The notes under the pieces were generated by a model. That model was given only the letters and a program-made list of their open reading frames with translations, made no database searches and was not told where the DNA came from. A stretch of DNA of 64,000 nucleotides from Felis catus (lineage: Eukaryota), in NCBI RefSeq assembly GCF_018350175.1, contig NC_058368.1, forward strand, positions 65,226,001 through 65,290,000, in the 5' to 3' direction. Positions 1-14,457 of the stretch are shown piece by piece (positions within the stretch are counted from its first letter, which is position 1; every line of letters begins with the position of its first letter). A program made the position numbers and the translations under genes.

Positions 1-720
1 ACTATATGTGCCTTGTTTTGTGATAAAATATATATTAGCCAATATATTTTCCTGAAATGTTATGTAAAAAAAATGGAAAATATTTGTTTTAAAGAAGTGT
101 TACCTATACATAACTGGAATCTGATATTTTGTGAGAAGAATATCTTAACCACTAGATTTTGTTCACCTTTATATGATTTATATAGTGTATATTTCTTCCC
201 AATTCAGTTTTGTTTCCATTTTTATTGAGGTTGTTCACTTCATTTGAATTTTCCAATATGTGACAAAATTTTTTCATAATAATATCTTTCAAACCCTGCA
301 ACATCTGAGGTTGAACTCTTCTTTCTAATATCGCTTACCTGCACTTTCTATCAATGTTCTTAATTAATCTTTTGTAAAGTTTGCTGATTTTACTCATTTG
401 TTCAATGAGCCCATTCCACTTTTTTATTTTTTTTATGTGACATGTCTATTTTTTCTCACTGTTTTTGAATTGCTTTTATTATATCTTTTCTTCTGCGTTC
501 TTAGAAGCTTTCTTCTTTTCTGTCTTTCCTTAAATATTTTATTCATAGTTTGGGGCATTTCTGTCTTTTTTTTTTTCATAAAGCAATTAAGGTTATTATT
601 TTCCCCGTAGAAGCTTAAATTATATCCTATAAATTTTTATATGAAGTATCTACAGCTTTTTTATTGTTGAATATGTTTTAGTTTCCATTTGATTTGTTTT
701 TCAACCCATGCCATGAGTAA
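1..720 (-). mobile_element. Highly decayed old LINE-1 (L1M-type) fragment
   Basis: T-rich antisense L1-like phrasing (ttcataataatatct, ttgctgattttactcatttgttcaatgagccc, tttttcaacccatg); boundaries approximate. Confidence 0.45.
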
Positions 721-789
721 GGTAGAAGTTGGTAATACAATTGAAGCACGTGTGGAGTTTCTATATATACTTCAAAGATGATATCTACT

Positions 790-997
790 GGGGGCCGTGG
801 GTGGCTCAGTCAGTTAAGCGTCTGACTTCGGCTCAGGTCATGATCTCACTGTGAGTTTGAGCCCTGCATCGGGCTCTGTGCTGACAGCTCAGAGCCTGGA
901 GCCTGTTTTGGATTCTGTGTCTCCCTCTCTCTCTCTCTGCCCCTCCGCTGCTCATGCTCTGTCTCTATCTCACAAAAATAAATAAAGATTTTTTTAA
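790..997 (+). mobile_element. CAN-SINE (feliform SINEC)
   Basis: tRNA-derived head gggtggctcagtcagttaagcg, (CT)n, AATAAA/A tail; TSD aaagatgatatc(a)tactg at 774-790 and 998-1015. Confidence 0.95.
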
Positions 998-1792
998 AAA
1001 GATGATATCATACTGGAAGAAACTTCTAAGCAAATGAAATGGCAAGTGAAAAGCCCTGAGTACAAAGTTACCTGGTGTATCGAAGGAACTGCAAAAAATT
1101 CAGGGTAGCTGGAGGAATGTCAACAAAATAGTAGAAAATGTAGTTAGATGGTAACAGAGGACCAGATCCTGTCAGGCCTTGAAAATCATATTAATGTGTC
1201 AGCATTTACTGAGTGAGGTAAGGAGTGGTGGATTCCTAAGAAAATGTACATTTCAGCGAGATCACTGCAGTGTTAGCAGTAGGCAGGAGTTGGGTAAGGG
1301 CAGAAGCTGAGAACCAATCAGAAGTGTATTACAATAATCTAGATAAAAGATGTTGGAGGCTTTGACCACATGTGGTGGTATAGATGGTGTAAAGGTCAAA
1401 GTCTGAATATATTTTGAAGGCAGAACAGGTAAGATTTTCTGTAATATTGGATGTGAGTGTGATAGAAAAGAGTCAAAATTGACAACAAGGGTTTTAGCTC
1501 AAGAAACTGGAATAAAATTGTAATCAGCTTAAATGGAGAAGACTATGGTGGGAACAGCTAAGCCTTCTGACATAAGAACTTTGAAATGCTTTAGATATTA
1601 AGTGGAAATGTGAGGAAGACAGCTGGCCTATGCATTTCTGGAATCCATGGCTTGGGAATCACCAACATTAAGAGAATATGTAAAGCTATGTGATTGGAGT
1701 AAGATCACTTAGCTGGTAAGTGCAAATAGAAAAGAGAAGATGTCTAACAACTATACACTGGGACACTCCAGTATTTAAATGTAGAGGAGACA

Positions 1793-1988
1793 GGGCACCT
1801 GGGTAGCTCAGTCGGTTAAGCGTCTGACTCTTGGTTTCGGCTCAGGTCATGATCTCATGGTTTGTGAGTTTGAGCCCCGCATCAGACTCTGTGCTGACAG
1901 TGTGGAGCCTGCTTGACAGTCTCTCTCTCCCTCTCCCTGTGCCCCTCCCCTGTTCACTCTCTCTCTCTCAAAAATGAATAAACTTTAA
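1793..1988 (+). mobile_element. CAN-SINE
   Basis: gggcacctgggtagctcagtcggttaagcgtctgactcttgg head, CT tract, A tail. Confidence 0.93.
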
Positions 1989-2399
1989 AGATAGAGAAAT
2001 GATGAGGAAACTAGCAAAAGACAATGAGAATGAGTGGCCATAAAGTTAGGAGTAAAACAAGGCAAGTGTGGTGTTGGGAGCCAAGTGAAGAAAGTGTTTC
2101 CAGATGACATAGTGATCAACGATACAAATGCTACCTGTAAGTAAGATGAGGGATAAGAAATGATCCTTGGCAATTGACGGTCATGGCTGATCTTGATAAA
2201 GTGCAGGCTTAGTACAATGCTAGAGGAGGAAAGCTAGTCCCAATGAATTCAAGAGAGAATGAGAGGAGAGCACAACCAAGGGTGATTCTTTTAGAGAGTT
2301 CTTTTATTTTAAAAAGGGAGATAAAAAATGATGTGATAACTGGAGGGTCACGAAAAGAAAAATAATTTTGTGATGGTAATTTTAAAAATCATACTTGCT

Positions 2400-2602
2400 G
2401 GGAGCCTTGGTGGCTCAGTCAGTTAAGCATCCCATTTTGGCTCAGGTCATGATCTTGCAGTTCGTGGGTTTGTGGGTTTGAGTCTTGCTAACGCTCAGAG
2501 CTTGGAGCCTGCTTCAGATTCTGTGTCTCCCTCTCTCTCTGCCCCTTCCCCATTTGCACTCTGTTTCTCTCTCCCTCAAAAAATAAATAAATATTGAAAA
2601 AA
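2400..2602 (+). mobile_element. CAN-SINE
   Basis: Head, CT tract and tail; TSD tttaaaaatcata(c/t)ttgc at 2381-2398 and 2603-2620. Confidence 0.93.
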
Positions 2603-3893
2603 TTTAAAAATCATATTTGCATGCTGATGCAATGATCCAGGAAAAAGAAAAACTGCTGATGCCAGAGAGAGATGACAGAATTGATGGAGTAGTAAATTAG
2701 TGAAGGAGAATAGGACAGTAGGAAAAACATGGTGGCTGACTTCAGTGAAGAGCATGAAGTTTCATTCATAGCAGGCAATGATGTTGTCCCATGAACTCAG
2801 CTGTAGACACCTGGGGTGATGCGGGTAGACTTCTTGAAAATTTTTTTCTGATTGTTTCCATTTCTCAAAGAAGAAGGAAAATGGTATGATAATGAGGATA
2901 TGAAAGACATGTTTCAAGTGTGAAGGAGAGGAGACAATCAGGGATGTGAGAAAGAGGAAATTGACCAGAAAAATACATTGTCATCAACAGGCAGCATGAA
3001 GAAAGTCTTAGTTCAATGATCCTGTATTTAAAGTGAGACAAACAAGATGGTTTTATTTTGTTTTGTTGTTTTTATGTCTTCTCCAGTCACTGTCTGGGCA
3101 CAGAGTATACAGGGTTGCATTTTGCCAATGCTTTGGTTATACCAAGTGAGTTTAAAAAGCAAGAAAGTGAGATTTGTTATATGCTACTCCTCTTCAAAGT
3201 CTGTTGTTGGTGATATGATTTTTTAAATTACAAATTCATTTACAATCATCATTGAATTCAAAAAAGAGTTTTTGACATTATATATTGTGCCATTAACAAA
3301 AACTAAAACTACCATGATGGAAGACAAGGAAATTATTTTTAAAACTACTTTAAACTACAGTATTAAAACACAGTGATCGAAAATAAGTAACTTTCAGTAA
3401 GAATAAAAATTTCCTTAAAATATATCAGAAAATAGTAATAAATTATACAACCCATTTGAAACAAAGCATAAATTTTAAAACACTACACAAAGAGATGATT
3501 ATAGACTAATTTTTCCCTACCAAATGAAGCTACAAATTGAATTGTTTTGTAGCTCAGAAATAAAATCAACTTTCCTAAGGAATCAAGAAAATGAAATTCT
3601 TTTATCAGCATGAAAGAATACATGTTTTTCTTTTCCAGTATTTATTTAAATTCTAGTTAGTTAACATACAGGGCAATATTGGTTTTAAGAGTGATATTCA
3701 GTGATTCATCATTTACATGCAATACCCTTTGCTCATCATAACAAGTGCCCTCATTAGTACCCATCTAGCCCATCTCCCACACACCTCCCACACACCATCA
3801 ACCCTCAGTTTGTTCTCTAAGAGTCTTTTCTGATTTGTTTCCCTCTCTCTCTTTTGTCCTTCCCCCGTCCCATAGATTCATCTGTTTTGTTTC

Positions 3894-6800
3894 CTAAATT
3901 CCACATATGAGTAAAATCATAAGATATTTGTCTTTCTCTGACTTGTTTGGCTTAACATACTATACTCTAGCTCCACCCACTTCACTGGAAATGGAAAGAT
4001 CTCATTCTTTTTGATCACCAAGTAATATTCCATTGTATATATTTACATCTTCTTTACCCATTCATCAGTTGGTGGACATTTGGGCTCTCTCCATAGTTTG
4101 ACTATTGTTGATAAGGCTGCCCTAACAAGCGGAGTGCATATACCCCTTTGAGTCCATATTTTTGTATCCTTTGGATAAATACCTAGTAAAGCAATTGCTG
4201 GATCCTAGGGAAGTTTTATTTTTAACTTTTTGAGATACCTCCATACAGTTTTCTAAAGGGGCTTCACTAGTTTGTATTCCCACTAACAGTGAAAGAGGGT
4301 TCCCCTTTCTCTCCATCCTTGTCAACACCTGCTGTTTCTTGTGTTGTTAATTTTAGCCATTCTGACAGGTGTGAGATGGTATCTCATCATAGTTTTGATT
4401 TGTATTTCCTTAACAATGAGAAATGTTGAGCATCTTTTCATGTGTCCATTAGCCATCTGGATGTCTGCTTCGGAAAAATGTCTATTCATGTCTTCTGCCC
4501 ATTTCTTCACTGGATTATTTGTGGTTTTTTTTTTGGTATTGACTTTGGTAAGTTCTTTATAGATTTTTTAAATCAGCCCTTTATCCAATATGTCATTTGC
4601 AAATAACTTCTCCTATTCCATAGGCTGCCTTTTAGTTTTGTTGACTGTTTCCTTCCCTGTGCAGAATATTTTTATCTTGATAAAGTCCCAATAGTTCATT
4701 TTTGCTTTTATTTCCCTTGCCTCCAGCAACATGTCTAGTAAGTGATGCAGCTGAGGTCAAAGAGATTGCTGCCTGTTTTCTCCTCTAGGATTTTGATGGT
4801 TTCCTGTCTCACATTTAGGTCTTTCACCCATTTCGAATTTATTTTTGGGTATGGTGTAAGAAAGTGGTCCAGTTTCATTCTCCTGCATGTTGTTGTCCAG
4901 TTTTCCTAACACCATTTGTTGAAGAGACTGTTTTCCATTGAATATTCCTTCCTGGTTTGTTGAAGATTAACTGACCATGTAGCTATGGGTCAATTTCTGG
5001 GTTTTCTATTCTGTTTCATCGATCTATGTGTCTGTTTTTGTGTCAGTACCATACTGCCTTGATGACTACAACTTTATAATATAGTTTGAAATCCAGAATT
5101 GTGATGCCTCCAGTTTTGTTTTTCTTTTTCAGGATTGCTTTGGCTATTCAGAGTCTTTTGTGGTTCCATACAAATTATAGGATTGCTTGTTCTAGTTCTG
5201 TGAAAAATGCCAGTGGTATTTTGATGGGGAGTGCATTAAATGTTTAGATTGCTTTGGGTAGTGTAGACATTTTAACTATGTTTATCTTTCAATCCATAAG
5301 CATGGAATACTTTTCCATTTCTTTGTGTCCTCTTCCATTTCTTTCCTAAGTGTTCTACAGTATTCAGAGTACAGATCTTTTACCTCTTTGGTTAAGTTTA
5401 TTCCTAGGTATCTAATTCTTTTAGGTGCAAATGCAAATGAGATCAATTCCTTGATTTCCTTCTCTGCTGCTTTATTACTGGTGTATAGAAATGCAATAGA
5501 TTTCTGTATGTTGATTTCATATTCTGCAACTTTCCTGAATTCACGTATTAGTTCTAGCAATTTTTTGGTGGAGTCTTTTGGGTTTTCTACATAGAGTATC
5601 ATATCAAAGTTTGACATCTTCCTTGACAAGTTGGATTACTTTTCTTTCTTTCTATTGTCTGATTGCCGAGTTTAATACTTCCAGTACTATGTTAAACATG
5701 AATGAGAATGGATATCCTTGTCTTGTTCCTGATCATAGGGGAAAGGCTCTCAGTTTTTCCCCATTGAGGATGATATTAGCTGTGGGCTTTCATACATGGC
5801 CTTTATGATGTTGAGGTACGGTCCATCTATGCCAATTTTGTTGGGGGTTTTTGTAAAGAATGGATGTTGTATTTTTTCAAATGCTTTTTCGGCATCTATT
5901 GACAGGATCATATGGTTCCTATCCTTTCTTTTATTAATGTGGTGTATCACACTGACTTGCAAATATTGAACCAACCCTGCAGCCCAGAAATAAATCCCAC
6001 TTGATCATAGTGAATAATTCCTTTAATGTACTGTTGAATTCGATTTGCTAGTATCTTATTGAGAATTTTTGCATCCATGTTCATCAGAAATATTGACCTG
6101 TAATTCTCCATTTTAGGGGGGTCTTTGGTTTTTTATCAAGGTAATACTGGCCTCATAGAATAAGTTTGTTCTTTTCCATTTCTATTTTTTGGAACAATTT
6201 GAGAAGAATAGATATTAACTCTTTAAATGTCTGGTAGAATTCCCTTGGGAAGCCATCTGGTCCTCGATTTTTGTTTGTTGGGAGATTTTTTTATTACTAT
6301 TTCAATTTCTTTGCTGGTTATGGCCATATTCAAATTCTCTATTTCTTTCTGTTTTAGTATTGGTAATTTGCATATTTCTTAGGAATTTATCCATTTCTTC
6401 CAGATTGCCTAGTTTGTTGACACATAATATTTCATAATATTCTCTTATAATTGTTTACATTTCTGAGGTGTTGGTTGTGATCTCTCCTCTTTAATTTGTG
6501 ATTTTATTTATTTGGGTCCTTTCTCTTTTCTTTTTGATAAGTCTGGCTAGGTGTTTATCAGGTTTATTAATTTTTTTTTGAAGAACCAACTATTATATTT
6601 GTTGATATGTTCTACTGGGTTTTCTTGTTTCTGTATCATTTAACTGTGTTCTAGTCTTTACTACTTCTCTTCTTCTGTTGGTGTTAGGCTTTATTTGGTA
6701 TCCCTTTTCTAGCTCCTTTAGATGTAGGTTTGAGGTTGTATATTTGAGACTTTTCTTGCTTCTTGGGATAGGCCTGTATTGTAATATAATTCTGAGGAAT

Positions 6801-7696
6801 GCCTTTTCTGCATCCCAAAGGTTTTGGACTATTGTTTTTTCCTTTTCATTTGCTTCCATGTACTTTTTTTTATTTCTTCTTTAATTTTCTGGCTAACCCA
6901 TTCATTCTTTAGTAGGATGCTCTTTAACCTCTATGTATTTGTGGTCTTTCTAAATTTTCCTTTGTGGTTGACTTTCAGTTTCATTGCATTGAGGTCTGAA
7001 AATATGCATAGTATGACCTCAATTTTTTTGTACTTGTTGAGAGCTGATTTGTGACCCAGTATATGACCTATTCTGGAGAATGTTCCTTGTGCACTTGAAA
7101 AGAATGTGTATTCTGCTGCTTTAGGATGGAATGAATATACCTGGTAAGTCCATAATGTCCAGAGTGTCATTCAAAGCCTTGTTGATTTTCTGCTTATATG
7201 ATATGTTGTTGTAATTGGGTTGCAATTGTTGTAATTGGGTTTAAAGTCCCCTACAACTATTGTATTATATCAATGAATTTCTTTACATTTACTAGTAATT
7301 GATTTATATATTTGGGTGCTTCAAGTTGGGGACATAAATATTTATAACTGTTAGATCTTGATGGATAGATCCTTTAATTATGATATAATGCCTTTCTTTA
7401 TCTCTTGTTACAGTATTTCATTTAAAATCTTGTTTATCTGACAAAAGTATGGCTACTCTGGCTTTCTTTTGGCATCCATTATTATGATAGATGGTTCCCA
7501 TCCCCTCACTTTCAATCTACTGATGTCTTTAAGTCTAAAATGAGTCTCCTATAGGCAGCAAATAGATGAGTCTTGTTTTTTTTTTCTTTTCTTTCTTTTT
7601 TTCAAAAATCTATTCTGATACCCTATGTCTTTTGATTGAAGCATTTAGTCTATTTCTATTCAGGGTGATTATTGAAAGATATGAGTTTAGTCCCAT
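3894..7696 (-). pseudogene. L1 ORF2 (endonuclease/reverse transcriptase), multiple stops and frameshifts
   Basis: ORF-track fragments: EYTFFSSAQGTFSRIGHILGHK (EN), [19 protein letters not shown] and DMILYVENPKDSTKKLLELI (RT), [13 protein letters not shown] (C-terminal region). Confidence 0.92.
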
Positions 7697-7744
7697 TGTG
7701 TTACCTGTAAAGTTGGTGTATCTGATGATGTTCTCTGTTCCTTT

Positions 7745-8641
7745 CTAGTCTTTATTGCTTTTGGTCTTTATTTTCCTGAAAGCATCCTCCTTAATATTTC
7801 TTGCAGGGCTGGTTTAGTGGTCACGAACTCCTTTTGTTTTTGTTTGGGAAACTCTTTATGTCTCCTTCTCTTCTGAAACACAGCCTTGCTGGATAAAGTA
7901 TTCCTGGCTGTATATTTTTCCTATTCAGCACATTGAATATATCCTGTCCCTTCTTTCTGACTTACCAAGTTTCTGTGGACAGATCTTCTGTGAACCTTAT
8001 CTGGCTTCCCTTGTAGATTAAGGCCTTTTTTCCCCTGTTGCTTTCAGGATTCTTTCCTTATCTATATGTTTTATGAATCTGACTATGATATGCCCTGGCA
8101 ATGCCAGCTTTTTTGAATTTAATGGGAGTTCTCTGTGCTTCTTGGATTTTGATATCTGCATTGTTCCCCAGATTAGGGAAGTTTTCAGCTATAATTTGCT
8201 CAAATAACTTTCTGCCCTTTTTTTCTCTCTTCATGTTCTGGAACTCCGATGATACAAATGTTATTCCATTTTAATAAGACGCCGAGTTCCTAAGTCTACC
8301 TTCATGTTTCATTACCTTTGTTTCCCTCTTTTTTCCCCAGCTTCATTATTTTACATAATTTTATCTTCTATACAACTAAATCATTCCTCTGATTTGTCCA
8401 TCTTTGTTGTTACAGCATCCATTAGGGTTTGCTTCTTGGTTATAGCACTTTTAATTTCAGCCTGACCAGATTATAGCTCTTATTTCTTCAGAAAGGGGTT
8501 CTCTAGAGTCTCCATGCCTTTTTCAAGCCCAGCTAGAATTCTTATAATTGTTTTACATTCTAGTTCAGACATCTTACTTATATCTGCATTGAGTAAATCC
8601 CTGGCTGTGACTTCTTCCTGTTTTTTCTTCCATCTTGTCAT
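7745..8641 (-). pseudogene. L1 ORF1 (RNA-binding coiled-coil protein), disrupted
   Basis: MTRWKKKQEEVTARDLLNADISKMSELECKTIIRILAGLEK in ORF 8480-8665; lies between 5'UTR and ORF2. Confidence 0.85.
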
Positions 8642-10207
8642 TTTGAAGGGAAATAATAATAACAATAATAAATTTAAATTTAAATTTTTAAAAATAGTAG
8701 TAATAAAGGCAACTAAATCCTAGCTGTGTTTGGTCTACTAGTTAGATTAATATTCATAGAAAAAAGACTAAAAGAAGATAAAAAATTAAAAAAATTAATT
8801 TAATTTAATATTAAAAATTTGCTTTCTTTACCCAAGAAAAAAAAATACAGAAACAATAAACAAACACACAAACAAAAAACCCATAGAAAGCTGTATCTTT
8901 GTTTCTCCTAGCACTGAAGCCTGGCAGTACTCTATGATCAGTACATGGAAGAGATCTGTGCTGGTCTTCTGGGGGAGCGGCCTGCTACTCTGATTCTCAG
9001 GGGGGACTTGCCCTCATGGAGATGCTTAGAGGGCACCGAGGGGCAGGGCTTTGTGTAACAGCTCACTGAGCTCAATCAGTACTGTTTGACTAGAGGTGAA
9101 AATAGCTTCACTCCACTCTCTAGTCTCCAGAGTGGTAAGTTCACACACTCACAGATATGCAATCAATCACCCATCTTATGCCCCTGGCTTCCCTCAGATC
9201 CCCACCTTCACCCTTTTGTGTACAAGCTGTCCGCATACCAGGTAGTGCTGCCCTCCTGTCCTTCCTGGATTTTATCTCAGGCATGACTTTGTTTCAATAC
9301 CCAACAATTCAGAAACCTCCACAGATTGGACCTACAATGATCTTCTGGTGGGGGAGGGGGTCTCATCAAGCTATGGCAGTGCTGGCTTGTCCCAGGAAGC
9401 AGTTGTGTGACCATGCAGAGGCAGTAGCTCAGAGTTTATGGTAAATTGCAACACACAACCAGCACCAGGGTTTGCTGCCCTCAGCCAGCATCTTTGTTCC
9501 TGTACTGGTGAACAGGGCAACTCTATAGTGCCCACCAGGTCTTTTGCCTACAGAGAAGCCATATCGCCTCTACCAAACGCACTCCAAACAGGGGAACTGC
9601 TTCTCCCCATGCGACCCAGGAGATCCTCAGGCTGTGCTGCCCACTCCTGGGGCTCCATCCTTCTTCCTTGCCTGAGCACCACCAGTGCTGACTTCTGAAA
9701 CTTCAGATTCTTTGCTCTGCTGTTTATAAAAAACTGGCAGTATTGAAACCTTCTCCTTTTTCTCCATCAATGGTTTTGGGTAACAGTTTTCTTGGGCAGT
9801 ACCCTGTGTATGTTTTCACTCTTCTTCTTTCTCCACTCCTAGCTCACCTGTCTGCAATCAGGGATCCCTCTTCACCACAAGGCCCTCAGGTCTTTTCTTC
9901 CACAAATGAACTCTCTGCAATTCCTACTTTCCACAGGTTGTTTTTTTCTGTTTGTAGATATGCAGCTTTGTTCTCTAGGACTGTCAATTGATTTCTTGGG
10001 TGTTCAGAATAATTTGATATTTATCTAGCTGTTCAGAGGAGGAAGCAAGCTTAGAGTCACCCTACTCCTCTGCCATCTTAACTCTCTTCCCAAGAATACA
10101 TTTTAAAGTTTTAGATACTACAGACAATGAATTTATTTCAAGTAAACTTTAAGGATAAGAGAAGGTATATATAAGATATATATATTACTTTTTTGTGTTT
10201 TAAAATT

Positions 10208-10831
10208 TGTCTTTCTCAAATATATCTTCAATGCTTCCTCAATATCCTCCTGGCCTCTCCTGCCTCCTGGATCTTCCTCTATTTGTGTCCATGAAGTCAC
10301 TCTCATGATATTCCAACTCCAAACACACTCACAGAATTTCTCCATCTGAGGTCAATTGACCACAGCCTAGGAGAATCTGGCTTCCCAAAGATTTTTTGAA
10401 CGGAAGTGAAGCACAAGACAGAGAATAATATATGACTTCCCAAGTAGCCATCTAACAGGCCAAATAATGCACTCCAGAAGTGCAGGAGAATCAATGCCTG
10501 ATGCAGTGATCTTTGCCCAATGGGGACAAGAGACAAAAACAAGTTCTTATAAATACCCTCTCCTCTTCACTGTTCTCTTGTGAGAAACTATTTCTCTGGA
10601 GATAGCCTGCAAGGCATGGCAACTGCACCTACCAAGCAGCCATTGGTATCTTTCACAGTCATCATGAATCAGAGTCAGCAATGGTACTCCAACAGCTTGC
10701 ACTGTAACTCATTTCCCTTTGAGTAAGGAAGTGAGGAAACTCTCACTTCCTAGAATTGCGCCTCACAAATAAAGCGTCAGCACTAAATCCTTGCATTAGA
10801 TTATATTTTCAAGAGACCACAGGCTAATACA
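10208..10831 (+). mobile_element. Solo ERVL-type LTR (LTR16-like)
   Basis: TG...CA ends; AATAAA followed by ctaaatccttgcattagattatattttcaagagaccacaggctaataca, resembling the LTR16/33 3' terminus. Confidence 0.6.
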
Positions 10832-12250
10832 AAGAGAAGCAGAGCACACTGCACATACATGTAGAGTTGAATTTTACATAGCAAACATTCATGCAATCAA
10901 CACCAATGTTAAAACATAACTTTGAAGTTTCTCCTTGTGCCTTTTCACCAAATATACAATCATTATTATATCAACAAAAATTTAAGTTTGAGCCCATTCT
11001 CACTGGACAGGTGAGAAGTGAAGTCTCATCCCTCTTGGGGCACTAGTTCCCTTGTACTCATGCAAAAAGTAAATCTCCTTAATCACAGGACACACTAACT
11101 TTAGATACTGAGGACACCAGGAATCTCTCCTTACTCCCTCGTTTCTTCACAAAGACACTACCTCCATGTGAAACAGCTGACAAAATAGCTTGAATAGCCC
11201 AGGTTCTTATGAAATAAAAGCCAGAAAAGTGAGAGTTTTTCAGGACACACCTGCTTAAATTCACTTATGTCTACTTATTATAAAACTCTTCAAAAACAAA
11301 GCAGTACAAAATTGCTTGTAAAACATAAAGTTTTGACAATACATGTAAAACTAAAGAGGAGAAAATCCAGATGTGTGTGTGGAAATTCAATACCATTTAC
11401 AATAAGGAAATAATTCTAATACAAAGGTGAAGGAGTAAATTAATTAATTGACATGTTCTTCCACTTTGCAGCATTCAATATTATTTTAACTAGAAATGCA
11501 GATTTCACATTTGATTTAAAGTCAGTAAGAAGAGAAATTGTGTTGATTTTATTCTTTCAAACTTTTTTATTGTGTATTGTAACATGCATACAAAGAAGTG
11601 CATAAAATATATTTTATTCAATGAATTATTACAGAATAAACCCCAGTGTAAACAGGTGAAGAAATAGAACATTGCCAGCAACTTCCAGAAGCCCCAGGAC
11701 GTCCTCTCTCCTACATCTTTTTATACTATTGTTTTTCTTCCTTCTGTACACACTTGTAAACACACATCCCCAGACACAATGGTTTATTTCACCAATTTTT
11801 TATTTTATGAAATAGAATCATATAGTATGTATTTTTGTATTTTAATTCTTTCAATAATATATTTATTTTATACACTTATTTTATTCCATGTTTTTGTCTA
11901 CATGTCTATAAGCTGTTCATTCATTTTCCTGAATACTACTCCATTGTAATTATAAACCACAGTTCATATGCCCACTCCATGATAGACATTTAAATTATTT
12001 CCAGTTTGGGGCTATTATGAATAATGTTACTGTGGCCGGTATGTGTCTTTTAGGGCAAATATGTATACACTTCTGCTGGACAAATTCCTAAGAGTAGAAC
12101 TTATGGGTAAATCGGGTATGCACCTCTTCAACTTAATTGACAAGTCAAATTGGTTCCCAAAGTGGTTATTCTCGTTTACACTTACACCAAAACTGTAAGA
12201 AAGTTCCTATTGTTCCATATCCTTGCTAACACTTGACATTTTCAGGGTTT

Positions 12251-12455
12251 TAATTTTTTTTAACATTTATTTATTCTTGAGAGACAGAGATAAAAAGAGC
12301 ATGAGTGGGGGAGGGGCAGAGAGAGAGGGAGACACAGGCTCCAGGCTCAGAACTGTCAGCACAGAGCCCAACACAGGGCTCAAACCCACAAACTGGAAGA
12401 CCATGACCTAAGCCAAAATCAGAGGCTTAACTGACTGAGCTATCCAGGTGCCCCA
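12251..12455 (-). mobile_element. CAN-SINE
   Basis: Antisense SINE ending in ccaggtgcccc; flanked by tcagg(g)tttt. Confidence 0.92.
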
Positions 12456-14457
12456 TCAGGTTTTTAAAAATGTGAGCCATTCTAGTGGTGTCTAACATAA
12501 TTTCACTGTGGTTGTCTTTTACATTTTCCAATTACTATTAGTAAAACTGGTAACATGTACTCTGTTGTGCAATTATTGCATATATGGATATTCACATTTA
12601 CAAATTGCCTGTTCAAATTCATTGCCCATTTTTCTACTACATAGACTTTTTCTTTATTGATTTTTGTGAATTGCTTACAAATTCTGGGCTGTTTACAGCT
12701 ATTTGAGTTGAAATTTCCTCTTTTACTTGGCTTGACATTCACTTTCTTAAAGGACTATTTTAAGGATTAAAATGTTTTACATTTAATACAGTCAAAATTA
12801 TCCATTTTTTAGAGTTTTTTTCCTCTTCTACTTAACAATATTTTCCTAATCCTCCAGTACAATATTGAAGATAAGTAATAGCAAACTTCCTTGCCTGTCT
12901 CACTCCCAAAGGAAAAGCTATCAATATTTTACCATTAAGTATGGTGCTGGCTTTAGGGATTGTGTTTGTTTGGTTGGTTACCCTTTATTATATTATAAAG
13001 TCCCCTTCTATTCATAATGTTATAAAAGCTTTTTCCATGAATAAATGTTTAATGCTTTCAAAGGCTTTTCTGCAGCCCTTTCAGCAGGCGTGATATTTTT
13101 CTCCATAATTTCGTTAATAGGGGAACTATAGAGAATAGTGTAGGGAATATTTAATATATTTGCATTCCTGAATCAATATATAGTCAACCTTTCACATGAT
13201 ATAAAATCATATGTTTCTGGATTCAGTTTGTTGGTATTTTAGCTAGAATTGTTGCATCAATGTTCATGAGTCAAATGACTATAACAGACATGAGTCAGTA
13301 ATGTTCCTGTAAGGTTCTGTTCTCCAAGTGAGGCTGACGTCATCAAATGAGCCAGCAATGTTTCATCCCTTTCAAGTCTCCAGAAGAATTTATGTATGTT
13401 TGCTATTATATTTTTCCTTAAATGTTAAGAGCTGCAGCCTCTCTGGAAATCTTCCCTTAAGCTTCCAATCACTTTACCCTGAAAATTCAATCTCTTTCTC
13501 CTCCACTCAGTGAAATGGGTAAAATCTGATTTGGACTCCCTTCCCAATAGGAGGAGAAATCTGTTCTCTGTTACTCCATCATGACTCACAGCAGAAGTCA
13601 AAATATGCAATAATTTGATGGAGATTATTTTGTGCATTACATCTTTGTCAAGAAAATTCTTAATACTATTTTTGGAAATGAGCTTTCTATCATTATGCTC
13701 TGTAAAGAAAAACATATGATCTATTTCATCAGGATCTCAAATTTTCTACCACAGGGATGAACAGTTTAATTGCCTAATCATTGTGATATTTTGCTTATCT
13801 TTTATTTTGTATAATCTTGTTGTCTTTCTATTCTTTCTTAAGGCAATTGATGTTCTTGGTTTAATAAACTTTTTAGCCAAGAGAATCTAGAAATCATTTT
13901 AAAATTATAATTTAAAATACTTTGACTATCATTTTTTCTAGATTTTAATTTTCTTAATCAATTGTGATAATTTATGTTTTCTCTTCTATTGACTTAGAAG
14001 TTACTTTTTAAACATTTTTAACTGATCATAATACATGCTTTTAGAAATAATGTTAATAATATGAAGATTGGACTCGATCATTTTTAATTTATTTTCTGAT
14101 TTGTTGTTTTTTCCTAATTTCTAAATGTATTTTCTACATTCTCTATAAATTGATTAGATTCACCAGAATATACTGTCTTGTTTGATACATTACACATTTG
14201 AGAAGAATCAATTATTGGAGTCATCATTTAATATACATACTTCAATATATATTTACTATACATTTAATGTATATCATTTACTATACTTTTTTATTACTTA
14301 ATTTTTTTTCTTTATATTCTCTCCTTCCATTGCTTTCTGAAAATTTCTCAATTCCTTCATTTTAATGTTGTTTATTTTTATTTTTATCATGTACATATTG
14401 AAAATCCTTCTACGATGTATTTACCTCTGAATATTGCTTTAGCACTGCCATATATAT

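Larger units (their letters stand above)
1016..3000 (-). mobile_element. L2 LINE remnant interrupted by two SINEs
   Basis: Purine-rich antisense L2 phrasing (ggaccagatc...ggccttgaaa, agatcactgcag, attggatgtgagtgtgatagaaaagagtcaaa, gggagccaagtgaagaaagtgtttc). Confidence 0.7.
3624..10091 (-). mobile_element. Full-length (~6.5 kb) carnivore LINE-1, inactivated
   Basis: 5' end reads gggaagagagttaagatggc (YY1-like) on the minus strand; ORF1, EN and RT remnants in order; T-rich 3' end; TSD aagaatacat at 3614-3623 and 10092-10101; minus-strand TT/AAAA endonuclease site at the 5' junction. Confidence 0.95.
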
